Shown here in pieces: positions 36,801 through 48,407 of a stretch of 64,000 nucleotides of DNA (its first letter is position 1; each line of letters opens with the position of its first letter). The stretch is taken from positions 52,762,001 through 52,826,000 of the forward strand of contig CM060731.1 of the NCBI GenBank assembly GCA_030704615.1, in the 5' to 3' direction. Below the pieces are notes generated by a model. The model did not search any database. It was not told the origin of the DNA and was given only the letters and a program-made list of their open reading frames with translations. The position numbers and the translations under genes were made by a program. Source of the stretch: Takakia lepidozioides. Its lineage: Eukaryota > Plantae > Bryophyta.

Positions 36801-36959
36801 AGACGACTCTCCCTTTTCCATATTATTCTTTTTATTAGTTGTTATCTCTTCTCTCTCCTCCGCTGCACGTTTTTCCAACTCATTCAGTCCCATCGTCTCT
36901 TCTGCTTCCCTTTCTAGCATAGATCTTGTAATTACAGGCATGAGAAGAGAAGTACACGG

Positions 36960-37880
36960 CTACCTGTCCGAAGGGGCACTGAGTTGCGAGTCCCACCCGG
37001 ACACACAGTTGGATGCGATGAAGCAGTGCTTGTGCAGCAGGTACACTCCTTCTCCCAAGAATGCCCATAGTTCCTCTTCACGCTTGAGCCAAAAAGCCAC
37101 GCGCACGATGTTGTGTACCACTTTTTCCTTCACCAATAGCGTGTGGGCAAGATATGTTTGGGCTTCTTTGGCCTTGTAGAGACCTACTGTTTCACGCCGA
37201 AAACACACCCCCGGAAAGATCAACACATCATTGGGACAAAAAAGAAATTCAGAGTCAGGGATACCCGTGATGAGCTCCTCCCAAGTGGGATCCTGGGTAA
37301 GAGCTGGCGGAACTCGAGACCTTAAATTAACAAGCAGAATAGATGTTCCTCCTTTAACCAGTTCCCACAATCGCAGAGGGCTCGGATTGTCAGGAGGCAG
37401 GAAGCTCTCAAGCTCTACACCCAATTCTCGACTCACAGAAAATTGTGGAATGCCCAAGACAGCCCAGCTAAGCTTCTCACCACTCTCCAATTGCTCCTTG
37501 GCACTAACAAGGGGAATTTGTAGAGTGACTTCCCTGGAATGAAGCTTGAGGAGAAGGCGTGCGGCATAGGCTCCCTGAAGAGATTCTCTTATGCGCCGGC
37601 TCTACTCCCTCTGCTCCGCTTTGGTGCGTATGGCTTTGCAAGCTTCCTTGCGCGCAGTTTCCTCAAAGGTTTTGGCCCAGAACTCCGAGGGCGTGTCCAG
37701 CGGGAGCTCGGGCCGTGGAATGGGTTCTCCCTCCGGGTAATCAACAAAAACCAACTGCTCAGGCAATAGGTTGCGCGCAAGCTCACAAATGTAGCGAGAT
37801 TCCAAAGCCAGAGTCTGCTTCAAGCGCGGGACCTCGAATTGATCAAGTTCAAACCAACCACGTTCAGAACTGGAAACCAT
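36960..37880 (-). pseudogene. Extra ORF (~306 codons, one in-frame stop) upstream of gag
   Basis: ORFs 37602-37880 and 36960-37490 share one frame, separated by a single stop; lies between PBS and gag ATG (36941). Confidence 0.6.
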
Positions 37881-38072
37881 AGTGCTTACTTGCTAAACTC
37901 TCAAAACACAGAAAAGCTCGAGCAGACAAACTTTCTCTCTCTGTCTCTGCGCGCGAGACACAAGCCGCCATTTTGCCACTACCTCTCCCTTCAATCATGC
38001 AGGATCCCCCATACCCAATCTATTGTTCTCAGGTGCTTCGTACGAACTAAATCCTCTGTCAACGATTTTAGT

Positions 38073-38090
38073 TACCCCGCATCTCCACCA
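38073..38090 (-). promoter_or_regulatory. Primer-binding site complementary to tRNA-Ala 3' end
   Basis: Plus strand taccccgcatctccacca matches my recollection of the plant tRNA-Ala(AGC) 3' end plus CCA; directly abuts the LTR end. Confidence 0.8.
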
Positions 38091-38272
38091 TGACTCCGGC
38101 GCTAGGGGTTTGTTCCCCTTCCTCTACTGGGCTTAACCTTATCTGGGGAATGTAGTCGATAGATGGGCCTGGCAAAGAAGACGGAATCTTACTAAGAGGA
38201 CACCACAGACTCAGACCTCCAAAACACTTTCATTCACCCACTCAAGCACACCGTTACACCCAACGTACGCTC
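38091..38272 (-). repeat. Truncated 5' LTR (3' ~180 bp only)
   Basis: Direct repeat of 30668-30849; ends ...GTCA immediately before the PBS; similarity stops abruptly at 38272. Confidence 0.8.
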
Positions 38273-38775
38273 TGGTCTTAGCAGGCCGTGTTTCAATCTC
38301 TACTTGCTCAGCTGCTCCGTGGTGGTTCTCACAGACCAATCCGACGTTACCTGACTATAGACAGAAGCAACACACACAAGAGGTCATTTTGGGTCGATGG
38401 CCGGTCAAATCCTCCATGGGTCGTGACACAAGGTCAAGGACAATGTGGTGAGGGCACTTTCTTCTTCGACCTATTTCAGCCTGTTTTGCCCTTTCATCAC
38501 CCTGAATTTGCATATTGAATTATGTAAGTTAGCTTGTTGGGTGGATCTATGGTCGTTTGGAGCGACTTTGATAGGTTATTGCTGATGTGGCAACATGAAA
38601 GTATCCAAAAACAGGTGACAGACATGAGGAGAACCTTTGGAATGAATTTCCGACCCTAGTCATAGGCGGGACAAATGGAGACAAAAAAGGAATGTCTGTT
38701 GGACTACAGAGAGAAGCAGATGCAATTCGGAATTGGAACTACTATCAGCATGGAGCAGAGCTGGCATGAGTGTTT
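38273..38775 (+). pseudogene. Orphan degenerate third copy of the PDF-module region (no PPR follows)
   Basis: Matches 25320-25800 (TNPTLPDYRQK, WVDGRSNPPWV, KYPKTGDRHEENLWNE). Confidence 0.8.
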
Positions 38776-39769
38776 TATATATCTGGAGCGCGTTTCTTCT
38801 CCTTCATATACCCTCTCTCAGGGGGGTAGGCCGGACCCCCTCAAGCGGTACGGACCCTTTTAGAGGCTGCCCAACACATGTCACCCTTAGCAACCACCAT
38901 TTGACACATATACTTTGCTTACCGCTATTTGGCGCTTGACCATCTCCCATTTAATAGTTGTCGCTTTCCTATTCTTTTTTCTTATCCCCTTACACAACGA
39001 TTATTTCTTCAAATCCTTGTGTAGCTTAGTATACAAGCAGCTATGTGCATATTCACTACACTATCTTTTAAAATTCAGAACCCATAAAACGCCATGAGAC
39101 TACCTGCGATGGATTGGTAATTTAACACAGAAAATTCAGTAGCATAGGTCAAGCAATACACTGCATCAACGTTCACAGGTCCGTAATACATAGGAATGTA
39201 CGGTTCCTAATTAATAACTACCTCGCTAAAACGATCAACATATGTGGTATTGAGATCTAGGGGCTCTTCTATACATGATTTTTCATCAAAATACCCTGGA
39301 CCCGCTTCACGTCATCATGAAAAAAGTATCCTTAACTATTTCCATGGTGGTTTCTTTTGGCATCAACATTGTCCGCCCTAAAGCTTCACACATGCCCAGG
39401 TTCATACCCTTCCGCAAAAACGTACCCGATGCATAAAATTTTGTCGATTTTAGCATGGCTAACAGGCAGCCTAAGAATGTACCTGTTCATTGCTTCCCAG
39501 ACCGTTGGTGATAATATTAGATGAATGATATTTTGAAAATATTTGATGACGTAAACATACACGGTTTTTTAGCTTTGCACTTCCATATGTGCGAACATTG
39601 TTGTCCCCTCTTCATATTATGCGTTGTGACATTAGGGCTAAAAAACTTGAAATGCGGTTGTCTGTAATCTTTTAAACAATATCCTAACATCTCTTTCCAT
39701 ATGTGGCAAGTCCTATGCCTAAGCTGCTCAAATACTCACCACAAAACTTGAGAGCGATATCCTGCTATT

Positions 39770-40200
39770 ATTTATATCCGGCGGATACATAGAGTAGAGG
39801 ATCCAGATAGGATCCTACCCACTGGATATAAAAAAGATTAATAACCGGATTGTATCCGGATATGTAGCAAAAATACAGGGTGTCAACCGGATATAAGAAA
39901 GAAAAAATATATTAATAAAAAACTAAAATATTAAATATTATATTAAATATTATAAATGATTTAAATGGATTAAATGAAACATTTAAAACATATTATTTTT
40001 ATGATTCATATGTCCGGATTACTCTATAACTGCCGGATATTATAATCTGAATATCCGGACTTATTTATATCTGGCAGCTTTTTAAAAACTTTTACTATGC
40101 ATAACCGACGGATATTAGAAATGTAGATTATTATAATATCCGGATCCGTAGGGTATAACATTCTCTAATTTGTCAAGTATCCGGACCCGGCGGATATTAA
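39770..40200. mobile_element. AT-rich MITE/hAT-like remnant with repeated CCGGAT/ATCCGG motifs
   Basis: Many ccggat/atccgg motifs flank a very AT-rich core; no clean TIR/TSD confirmed. Confidence 0.4.
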
Positions 40201-40204
40201 AAAA

Positions 40205-40349
40205 AGCTGGTTGAAACCACTTCCAACCGTTGCATGTGATGCCACCATGGCATTTCATCGGGATTAACCACTCGTGAGTGGTTTATAGAGTGGTAAAAGA
40301 CTGGGGTGGTTAAATGAGCCAGTGGTTATTCCACGTTTTCCTTCTAGTG
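40205..40349. mobile_element. CACTA-like transposon terminus
   Basis: Reverse complement begins CACTAGAAGGAAAA; clustered AACCAC/GTGGTT subterminal repeats; partner end not found. Confidence 0.5.
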
Positions 40350-41180
40350 TGCTTTCCTTTGGAAATTGGCTAAACGTATTCTTCCTGTGCGGTCTTCCAT
40401 GAATTCTGGCTCTGATTTATCTTAGACTTGCTCCCCTGCAATGTGTACTTGAATCTATGGAACATTGTCTGCTTTGTCATGGTTTGGTTGTGGTTAGTTA
40501 GAAATAGTTATTTCTAACTAAGTAGGACTTTATACATTTGTATTTATATTTTGTTGGCATTGGGACTTCATTTGATTTCATGTGCCAAGTGAGGTGACGA
40601 ACCTTACTTGGGATGTGGAGATGCTTATCTTCACGTGATGTGCAGGAAGACTCGTCTTCTTGATCTAGTCGAGCCTTCCGAGGCCTCTCTCGTCGCCATA
40701 GCTCTAGTACTTGAGATGGAGAGTGGTTGTGGTCTCCATGGTGGAGTCTTTTAACAAAGGTGCCATTGGCTTGGCTTATATAACGTGATAGAGTGGGTTT
40801 CATCTCTTTTCACCATTTCCGTATCACTAGAAGAAGACGGGCGTAGCTTTATAGGAGAGAACTCCGGCCGAAGCCGGCATAACTAAGAGCCACTTCGCCT
40901 TGTGGCTACTGCCTCCTTTCAGGGGTGGGCCCTATAAAAAGAAAGGTGTCCTGTGAGACACTAAGTGACCGTAGAAAGTAGGGGAGTCTGTGGTATCCCT
41001 GGGTACCCAATGGTACCGTGAGGGACCTAGGGTGCGTTTGAAGTGCCAGATTCCAGTTGACGTTTGTTGGTGATAATAGCTGTGAGTGAACGGAGTGTCG
41101 TGAGGTGAATTGTTTTGAAGCACTTGTGGATGGGAAGAGTGGGAATTTTGAAGTTATCATGTATGTCATTGATACTGGCG

Positions 41181-41850
41181 TTATATGCCGCCTCGAGTAC
41201 CGGCGGCGATGACGGTTAATGGGCCAGTTTTCCAGCCATACCGTCGGATTGCAAGGATAAGCGGGACATATTTTTGACGTTTTTCTAAAATCGAATCATT
41301 GGGATAACGATCGTGGCAAAATGTGAATTCAATGAAATGAATGGTGAATTGTGGGGATGGCGAGGTGGTGGGTGGGGTGTTAATGGGTAGGTCTTGTACA
41401 AGGAGTATGTCCGGGCAAAGCCTAGCAGGGCATGAGCAAGGTGATTGGTTACATATACATGGTAGCAGCCAGGGTGACACAGTGTGATCGGGTGGCCGAC
41501 CTTGGTAGGTGCCAGCGTTTATGAGCGAGAACCATCTGGTTTTAGCACAGTTTAGAAAGAGCTTATTGAGATGCCAGATTGCCTGGTTGTGTCTCGTGAT
41601 ATGAAGGCCATGTATGATCGGGTGCGTACATTGGTTGAGGAGATGTGGCCAGGTGTCACGAGCTTGGTGAGTGGTTGAACATAATGGGCAGTATGGGGAT
41701 GTGAACATATACGGTCAGAAGATGTGTTTGCGCTGGTGACCCATATATTGGGCATATCTGAATTTGAGTGTTTGTCGGATTTGTGCGTCAGTGGTAGCTT
41801 TGGTTAGCCACAAATGATTTGAGAATAAATGGTGCAATATATTTGATTGA
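41181..41850 (-). mobile_element. Non-LTR retrotransposon fragment with CCHC knuckle and restriction-like endonuclease
   Basis: CPLC...DTWPHLLNQC, TRHNQAI, PDILLV...IHFIEFTF, EKRQKY. Confidence 0.75.
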
Positions 41851-42049
41851 GTCCATTTTTGGATGTGTACTCTGGTGTGGCTGATGGAGGCTGCAGCTTG
41901 TTTATTTGCTTCTTTGGTCAGAGTGATCAGGAGGTTTCGAACTGGTCTGGGTACAGGGGTAGCTTTCTAGGACTATATGCTAGGAAATGTGGTTGGACAA
42001 CGATGTATGTTGTGGCACGATGCTTAGGTGCACGACAGCTCCAAATATT

Positions 42050-42500
42050 GTTTCTTAGCTAGGAAGGCTTGGAAATTGGCAGTAGTTTTTTATTTTGCTT
42101 GGAAACGTATGCTAGTAAATCTGCCTTCTAATCTGCTTCTGATCTCAGAATGGTTCCTGGAGTTCTTGGCCTGGGCCGCTCTTAGATCACTCATGTTATG
42201 GAACATCTGGAAAGCTTGTTGTTCTCTGCTATATGACAATACCAGGCCATGTTTTAGAGTAATTATCTATAGGGTCCACTTGTCTGAATTAGCTCGGAAA
42301 GCGTGGGGCGTGGTTTGTGAAGCTATTGGTAGATGCAGCCAGGATCGCCGAATGCAGCTTCTCTCAGGCTTTAACAACTCATGGGGCCAGGGAAATCTCC
42401 TCTGTACCAGAACCTCAGAATCCAACATTATGTGGAATGACTCCCTACCTTCGTTGGCAGCTCTAACAATGCCAGACCCTCACCAACTGATAGAGAAGAA
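42050..42500 (+). mobile_element. L1-type LINE 3' remnant related to the 1961-3480 element
   Basis: AWAALRSLMLWNIWKACC...ARKAW...LLSGFNNSWG aligns with VWAALRALTLWNLWKTRC...GRKAC...LLQDFHDTWG; its zf-RVT piece (ESMEHCLLC) lies at ~40420-40480. Confidence 0.7.
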
Positions 42501-43544
42501 ACTGATGTCAATTTTAGAAAACGGAAATCTAGGACCCAGTTGTCTTTTGAGCCTCACAAAAGGAAGAGAAATAGTCTTTGATCTATGATACTTCCCTCTT
42601 TGTTTTCCTTACAATCTAGTTGCAAGGGTCTCGGGCCCATCATTGCCAAGTTGGACGACAATTTCAGCCTCATTTCAGCTCGCCCCAACTTCTACATAGG
42701 CCTCCCACCTGATCACCACATGATGAAGACAGGGGCCTTGAGATGGCCTCTCCTTGCATGCTTAGGAAAGAGGATCAGCACTCGCCATCCCTGTGGCGAG
42801 ACGGGAGGAGAGAATTAAGCCCTTTCTCATACGTCATTCCATATCATGTGTGAAAATTGAAAAGGGATCAAGTTGAATGTAGGACCCAAAACTTTGGTGA
42901 TGCTGTTTGTTGCATTGGATCACTGGCCTCCCTCACTACCTCACTCACAACAGTTTGCTGAACATCCTCTGTGTCCCTGGACTCCGATTTTGCTGTTGTA
43001 CAACTTGACCCTAAAAAAAGGCCTATACTGATTTCTCTCATATAATAGAACTTACCATCTTGATCTACTGATTTAAAAAGGAAGGATGGTAACATTACTC
43101 AGAGTGCAAGTTGGCCTTGAGTTGTCTTGACAAATGTAGCTGATCCCTCTAGCCCTCAAGACTAAGTTGATATGTCTTGATATTTACTCAGGCTAGAGGA
43201 ATTGATTTGTGCAGAGTACCTGTTCAATGCGACAAGAATGTTCCGTCCACACCATCATGCGGTGAGAACGGGCGTGTGGTCCCCTTTTTTCCAGTTAAAT
43301 TAATCTACAGAGGTGAGAGCAGCCCAGCAGCTGAGTGGGATTTGAACCCAAACATATTCTGCCCCATTGGCAGCCCACACATACATACAAGGAGGGGGAA
43401 TGCCACATCCTTGTTTGTACCCCCGCTTGGCTGGGGGACTAACAACTACAGGCATGACTCACAAGGCAACATGAACCAAACACAGAAAGGGGACAAACAA
43501 ATTCACTAAACAAACTGCGACGAAGGGTGGCCAAGGAGGACTGA

Positions 43545-43792
43545 GCTGCTGCAGCTCTTATCATAGCTGCAGTCACTCATGTATCACAGTTTCCAAATTC
43601 ATCTACAGCCTCACAAGTCATTCCTGCAGCTCAAGTCCTAGCTGCAGCTCCGAGTCTACATCTGAAAACAAACAAAATTCATGATCAAGTTGCAGCTCCT
43701 ATCCTAGCTGCATTTCCTAAGCCAAAATCAGAATGCAGAAGCTGCAGCTCCTGTCATTGCTGCAGCTCCAGTCAAATAAATAGAAGCTGCAG
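43545..43792. repeat. Degenerate minisatellite of GCTGCAGCTC units
   Basis: Paired (g)ctgcagctc motifs recur at ~43548, 43624, 43691 and 43741. Confidence 0.55.
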
Positions 43793-45106
43793 GACAAACA
43801 AACCTGCCCACCATTAGCCACACAAAACATAGAGCGAGAGGAGAGACATGCCAAGCGACTCCTACAAAAATATATAAATTACCCAAAAGAAAACCAGCAC
43901 TACTCTAGTATGATCGTTTCCATGCCAATATCAACATGAACAGGCAAACCAGAGTGTTCATGCAAAGACAAAGATAAGCAACACGGTTAGATGTGCTGGA
44001 CGAGCTCACCCCTCGTCATGCACAGTCCCGAGATCTCTGCAGGGGAATGCCACATCAACCAATATCAGTACCCTCACAACTTCACATTGCACTTACAGGT
44101 TTCAGAGGTGGCTGTGATGTGCAACAAAGCAGCGTCCCAAGCAGCAAGGGAGGTCCGCTTCAAGGTTTCCACCTTCCAAATGGAAGGCAGTAGCCCCTTC
44201 AGGCCGAAGAGACGCCATAATGTACAGTTGCTTCACAGGATTCCACCATTTTCTCTACATTTGTGTGTCAGCCGACGAGAGAGGGGGAGGGGGTAATTAT
44301 TTTGTTGTCTTGATTTCAGGGAGAATGCTTGAAGTGACAGAAAGAAGCAGAGCAGCAAGTCGTCGGGACACCGCCAAAGAAGCTTGCGATATCAGGAGGC
44401 CTCAATGCCATGGCCCTGACAACTGAATCGTATGGCGGTGCACAGATAACAGGCAGCAGTTCGCCATTTGCTTTTCCAGGTGGCTATGGCTACCCGGCTG
44501 CTGCTGGGCAGAAAGGCTACCCAGGTGAAAACTGCTCTTGGGTTGTTCCTGGTTGCACCTTTATCATTAGCAGGGTCAAGAGCTTACAACACTGTTGGAG
44601 AGCATGTGAATGCACTCAAAGCATATCCTATACTTGTTATAATATGTACAGAACAGATGATGAAACCTCCGAGCTTTGCAAACATGTTGAAATATTAGTC
44701 TGCATCCTTTCATGACTGGAATATATGTACTTTCTCGATTGTCCTTTTCCCAAGGGAGCTCTAATCCACCTGCTGCTTGGGTCTCAGATAACACCAAAGG
44801 GTTTCTTCACCACAGCATTTTGCTAACATTACAAGACAAGTTTTGGTGCTGAGATGGTCACACACGACATGTTAAGTACAGAAATGAAATGTAGGCCCAT
44901 GTACTTTATCTAATGGCATAACATCCACAACTGTGCCTTCACCCTCCTCCTCAACTTCCACATGCTGAAGTAGTGGGTTTCTCCTTCATCTGTGCCTAAA
45001 CTAAAAGACCTATGTGTCTCTACATTCCCACGAACAGCAGTACATCCGCCTCTTCCTTTATAACTTCCGCTGTTTCATATTTTATGAATGAAAATGAAGT
45101 TGCACT

Positions 45107-48100
45107 CTACTTCAGAGTCAGAGTCTTTCCAAGGGTTTTCTTCTTATGAAAAGCTGTGCGATACTCAGTGTAATTGGTGGTCTTAAAGAGAGCAGGGTGG
45201 GTTTCATCAACAAGCTCTGGAGCTGGGCCGAGGATGGCATCAGCAAGAAAGTCGTCACTGACAGGCGGGTTGCACCTTGATTTGTCACTGCCCGATGCTC
45301 CACGCTATGAAATCTGTTGTTGCTCACTACCTGACCACCAAATTAGTCCCCAACCTCTGTCAGTAACAGTTCTGGAAGTACACATTGGCAGTGGTTAACA
45401 CAATGTCCACCTGAAACTCAGTGGTGGGACTTCATGTGAAAACTGCTCCAGAGGTGGGTAGAGCCCTCCCACCCATAGTCCCCACATCTGTGCTGGCCAC
45501 AAGCTACTTCTGCAGCTTTCCTCTACACGGTGCATGACAAAAAAGTACCACAACAACACATCTTACATCTTAGTGTAGGTACAAAGCTACAGTAGCACTT
45601 GCCAGAATCGCGATGATACATTCTCGTCTAGTTTCATTTGACGCCTTACATCAACACTCAAAGCTATGTAACCAAATTGTCATTTGGCTGGCCCTATGAC
45701 GTTGTCACACAGAAAAGCAAAGGATGATTCACTTGTAGTTGATCACCCAGATTGACAACACGGGCATTTGGCACAGGGGTAACTCCAACCCACTTGTGGC
45801 CCTTCTTCACTTGGAGGCCACCTATCTCATCTTGGTACAGCACTGTCATAACATTTGGGTCTGAGTGAGGCCTCAAACCCAGGACTAGATCGGGCTGGGG
45901 GCATGGTGGGTAGAAGTTCAACCGTAGATTCAGCATAGGATCACCAAATACTTCTTTCAGATACGTTCGCTGTTATCCAAGCAGATTTCCACAAGTCATT
46001 CAAACTATGAGATTCGCATTTTGGCAGGGGACAAGGGGGAAGTTCTTTTGGGGGCGAAAAGGAGGGTACTGATCACAAGTCAGTTTTACCCACATGGGTT
46101 GATGACTTTCCCAAATGCATCACTTTCCACCCCCACGTACACACACCCCACCTTTCTTGAATCTCTTGACCTTCCTTAGTTGTTTTAGGGCTGCTTGTTG
46201 ACGACCCCGCATTATACATTCTTCCTTATCCTGCTTTCTTTTATCCCATAAGCTCTTTGAGCTTTCATGATGGACGTTCGAAATATCCCTAGGGGCATTG
46301 GGAAGGTTTAGGGTGGGCTCCCACATCTGTGGATAGAGACTGGTAGGTGACCACCTATGCCCTGCTTCCGCTGGGAACAACAGATAAATCTAAAGTGAAG
46401 AACACTTCTTCTTTCACTGTCCTTTCTATTATGAGATTCTACTATGAGATTCTATTGTCTGTTCCATAATACCCAATCTCGCATGGAGGTCTTCCATTAG
46501 GAGGATCAGAAGTGCTTTAGCAACTTACCTGCATGAGGTGTGACTCTTACACAATCACTGGAGCAATAGTTGTTTTTGGGCTGCTTATGGAGGGGGCCCG
46601 TCTCTTTTCTTGTTTCTTGCTTTCTGTTGTCCCATAAGCTCTTTGATCTTTCCGGAGACATCATTATATACCGATTCCTTTCATCTCTTCCTGGCTTCCC
46701 TCACACACTTGGGGCAAAGGTTGACATCTTAGTCGTGTTGGTGAGACAATAAGTGCCTAACAAATCTAGTATACAGTATTTATTAGTTTTACAGTTTTAT
46801 TGCATTATACAGTTCTCCAAATGTCTCTTTAATCACGCACTTGACTGTTCACAGAGATTCTCACTGCAGTTGTATTTTGTATGTCTGGTCACCAAAAGAT
46901 AGGACAGCTATCTACGACAAACCATCAGATAGACATCAACATGATCCAACTCAGGCTTATTGGAGATGCGAATCAAGCTTAAGACAAGTGTATGGACGTG
47001 GAGGCAATAATACCTGTATGCCTCAGGCTTGCAGGGCCACCAATCCATATTCTTGTGGGAGAGCGGAAGGAAGTAGTGGAAAAGTACATCTTGCCAATCC
47101 AATGTTGTATTCTCCGACTGTCGAAATTGCCGGCCATAGCCTTGTGGGACCAACATATTGGGGTCCATGGTCAATTTCTTCTTTTCCTCCAGAGGCAAAT
47201 CAAAGAATTGCCTTGTACGCCTCTTGCACCAATGACAAGGGAATTCCATGGTTGACAACCTGCAAAATAGGATGCGACTGTATTAGTCCGATCTGGTTAA
47301 AGCTTGGCATCTGAGTCCTCCATCTGGAGTGTTTCAGAGCACTTCAGAATGAACCACTACTCTTTCTGTGTCAGTCATTTTTAACATTCTTTGATACTGT
47401 CTCTCAGCCACTCAATCTGACATTAATGCTAGTAGCCAAGTAGAGAAAAGGGCTCTTGCTGGTTGAAGTAGACCGTTGCAGTTCCATTTTCCATCCTTTG
47501 CCAAATGTCAGCCAACAGACTAACTGCATAAGCCATGACAACATTGAGTACGAGGAACTCTGCAGAACCCCTAGAGACAGGATAATCTTACTGACAAGAA
47601 CATCTGACATGCAGTTGAAATGTTGGCTACAAATTTATATCAGACGTTAATGCTGGAAATGAGAAAAGAGAGAAAGAAAGCCAACATTGTTAGTCGAAAG
47701 ATACAGATTGACGTCACTCTCAATTCGTCTATCCTAAAGGCATCCTTATCCTGTCCATTTGCTCAGAGAGGCGCACGAGGATTTTCTCAAGATTAGTGTT
47801 AGACCATCAGAAACAGGTATATTTTAAGACTAGCACTAGAGCTGTTACAAATGCAATTAGAGCTTCATCGTGGCGAACTAAGTGGATACATCAAAACAGC
47901 AGTGCTGAAAACCTCGCTCTGGGGCAACTGCCTGGGGAGGGATTCAGACAAAAAAATTCAGACAGCTTGAATCAAGCCTGATACTGAACGCCAGATCTAT
48001 AATCTGCTTAGCAACGCATCCACATCTTCATTGTCTTGACCAAAATTTGAGAGAAGCCTGATCGATGAAAGCCACATATCTATCTGCCAACGATTAGTCT

Positions 48101-48407
48101 TGGCCCCAGCTTGAATGTCCGTACGCACCTGGAAAAAACCCCATTCCTCACAAGCGCCGGCGATGGCAGCCATGGTGGCCTCCCTTCGATCGTCGTCCAA
48201 GCCTGCCAGGTCAATCACTGGAATTTCAACGCTGAAGTCGTCGTGCGGTGTGATTGTGTCTCGCTCGTGCGATGCGCGGATGAAGGAGGAAGGCACGGCT
48301 CCCATGCCCGATTCCGACGGGGCCTGCACATTGTACTCTTCTGCATCACCTGCTACTCCCATATCGAACTCGGGCAAGACGACTCTCCCAACCTTGCTCA
48401 AGTCCAA
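45107..48407 (-). pseudogene. 2-oxoglutarate/Fe(II)-dependent dioxygenase (DOXC class), disrupted
   Basis: Exons ~48407-48129 (IPVIDL, ACEEWGFFQ), 47259-47014 (VVNHG, frameshift before QFFDLP), ~45970-45733 ([12 protein letters not shown]; 5' part missing), 45330-45107 (HRAV, RLS; frameshift). Confidence 0.82.

Larger units (their letters stand above)
30668..38272 (-). mobile_element. Decayed Ty3/Gypsy LTR retrotransposon (extra ORF-gag-PR-dUTPase-like-RT-RH-IN)
   Basis: gag-like 36941-35776; protease IIDTG ~35570; RT SPWASP, FCVDFRRLN, MPFGL, YIDD ~34025; RNase H DAS, TDH, NADAL; integrase H..GH, GLDLVGP, TDQG, NGLTERFN. Many stops and frameshifts. Flanking direct repeats. Confidence 0.92.

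Noticed and set aside
38073-38090. tRNA gene
   Set aside because: Only 18 nt including CCA, adjacent to an LTR: a PBS, not a gene.
44317-44525. Possible exon (GRMLEV...GGYGYPAAAG) of an RNA-binding protein
   Set aside because: Needs a frameshift, no flanking exons found, and similarity is too weak.
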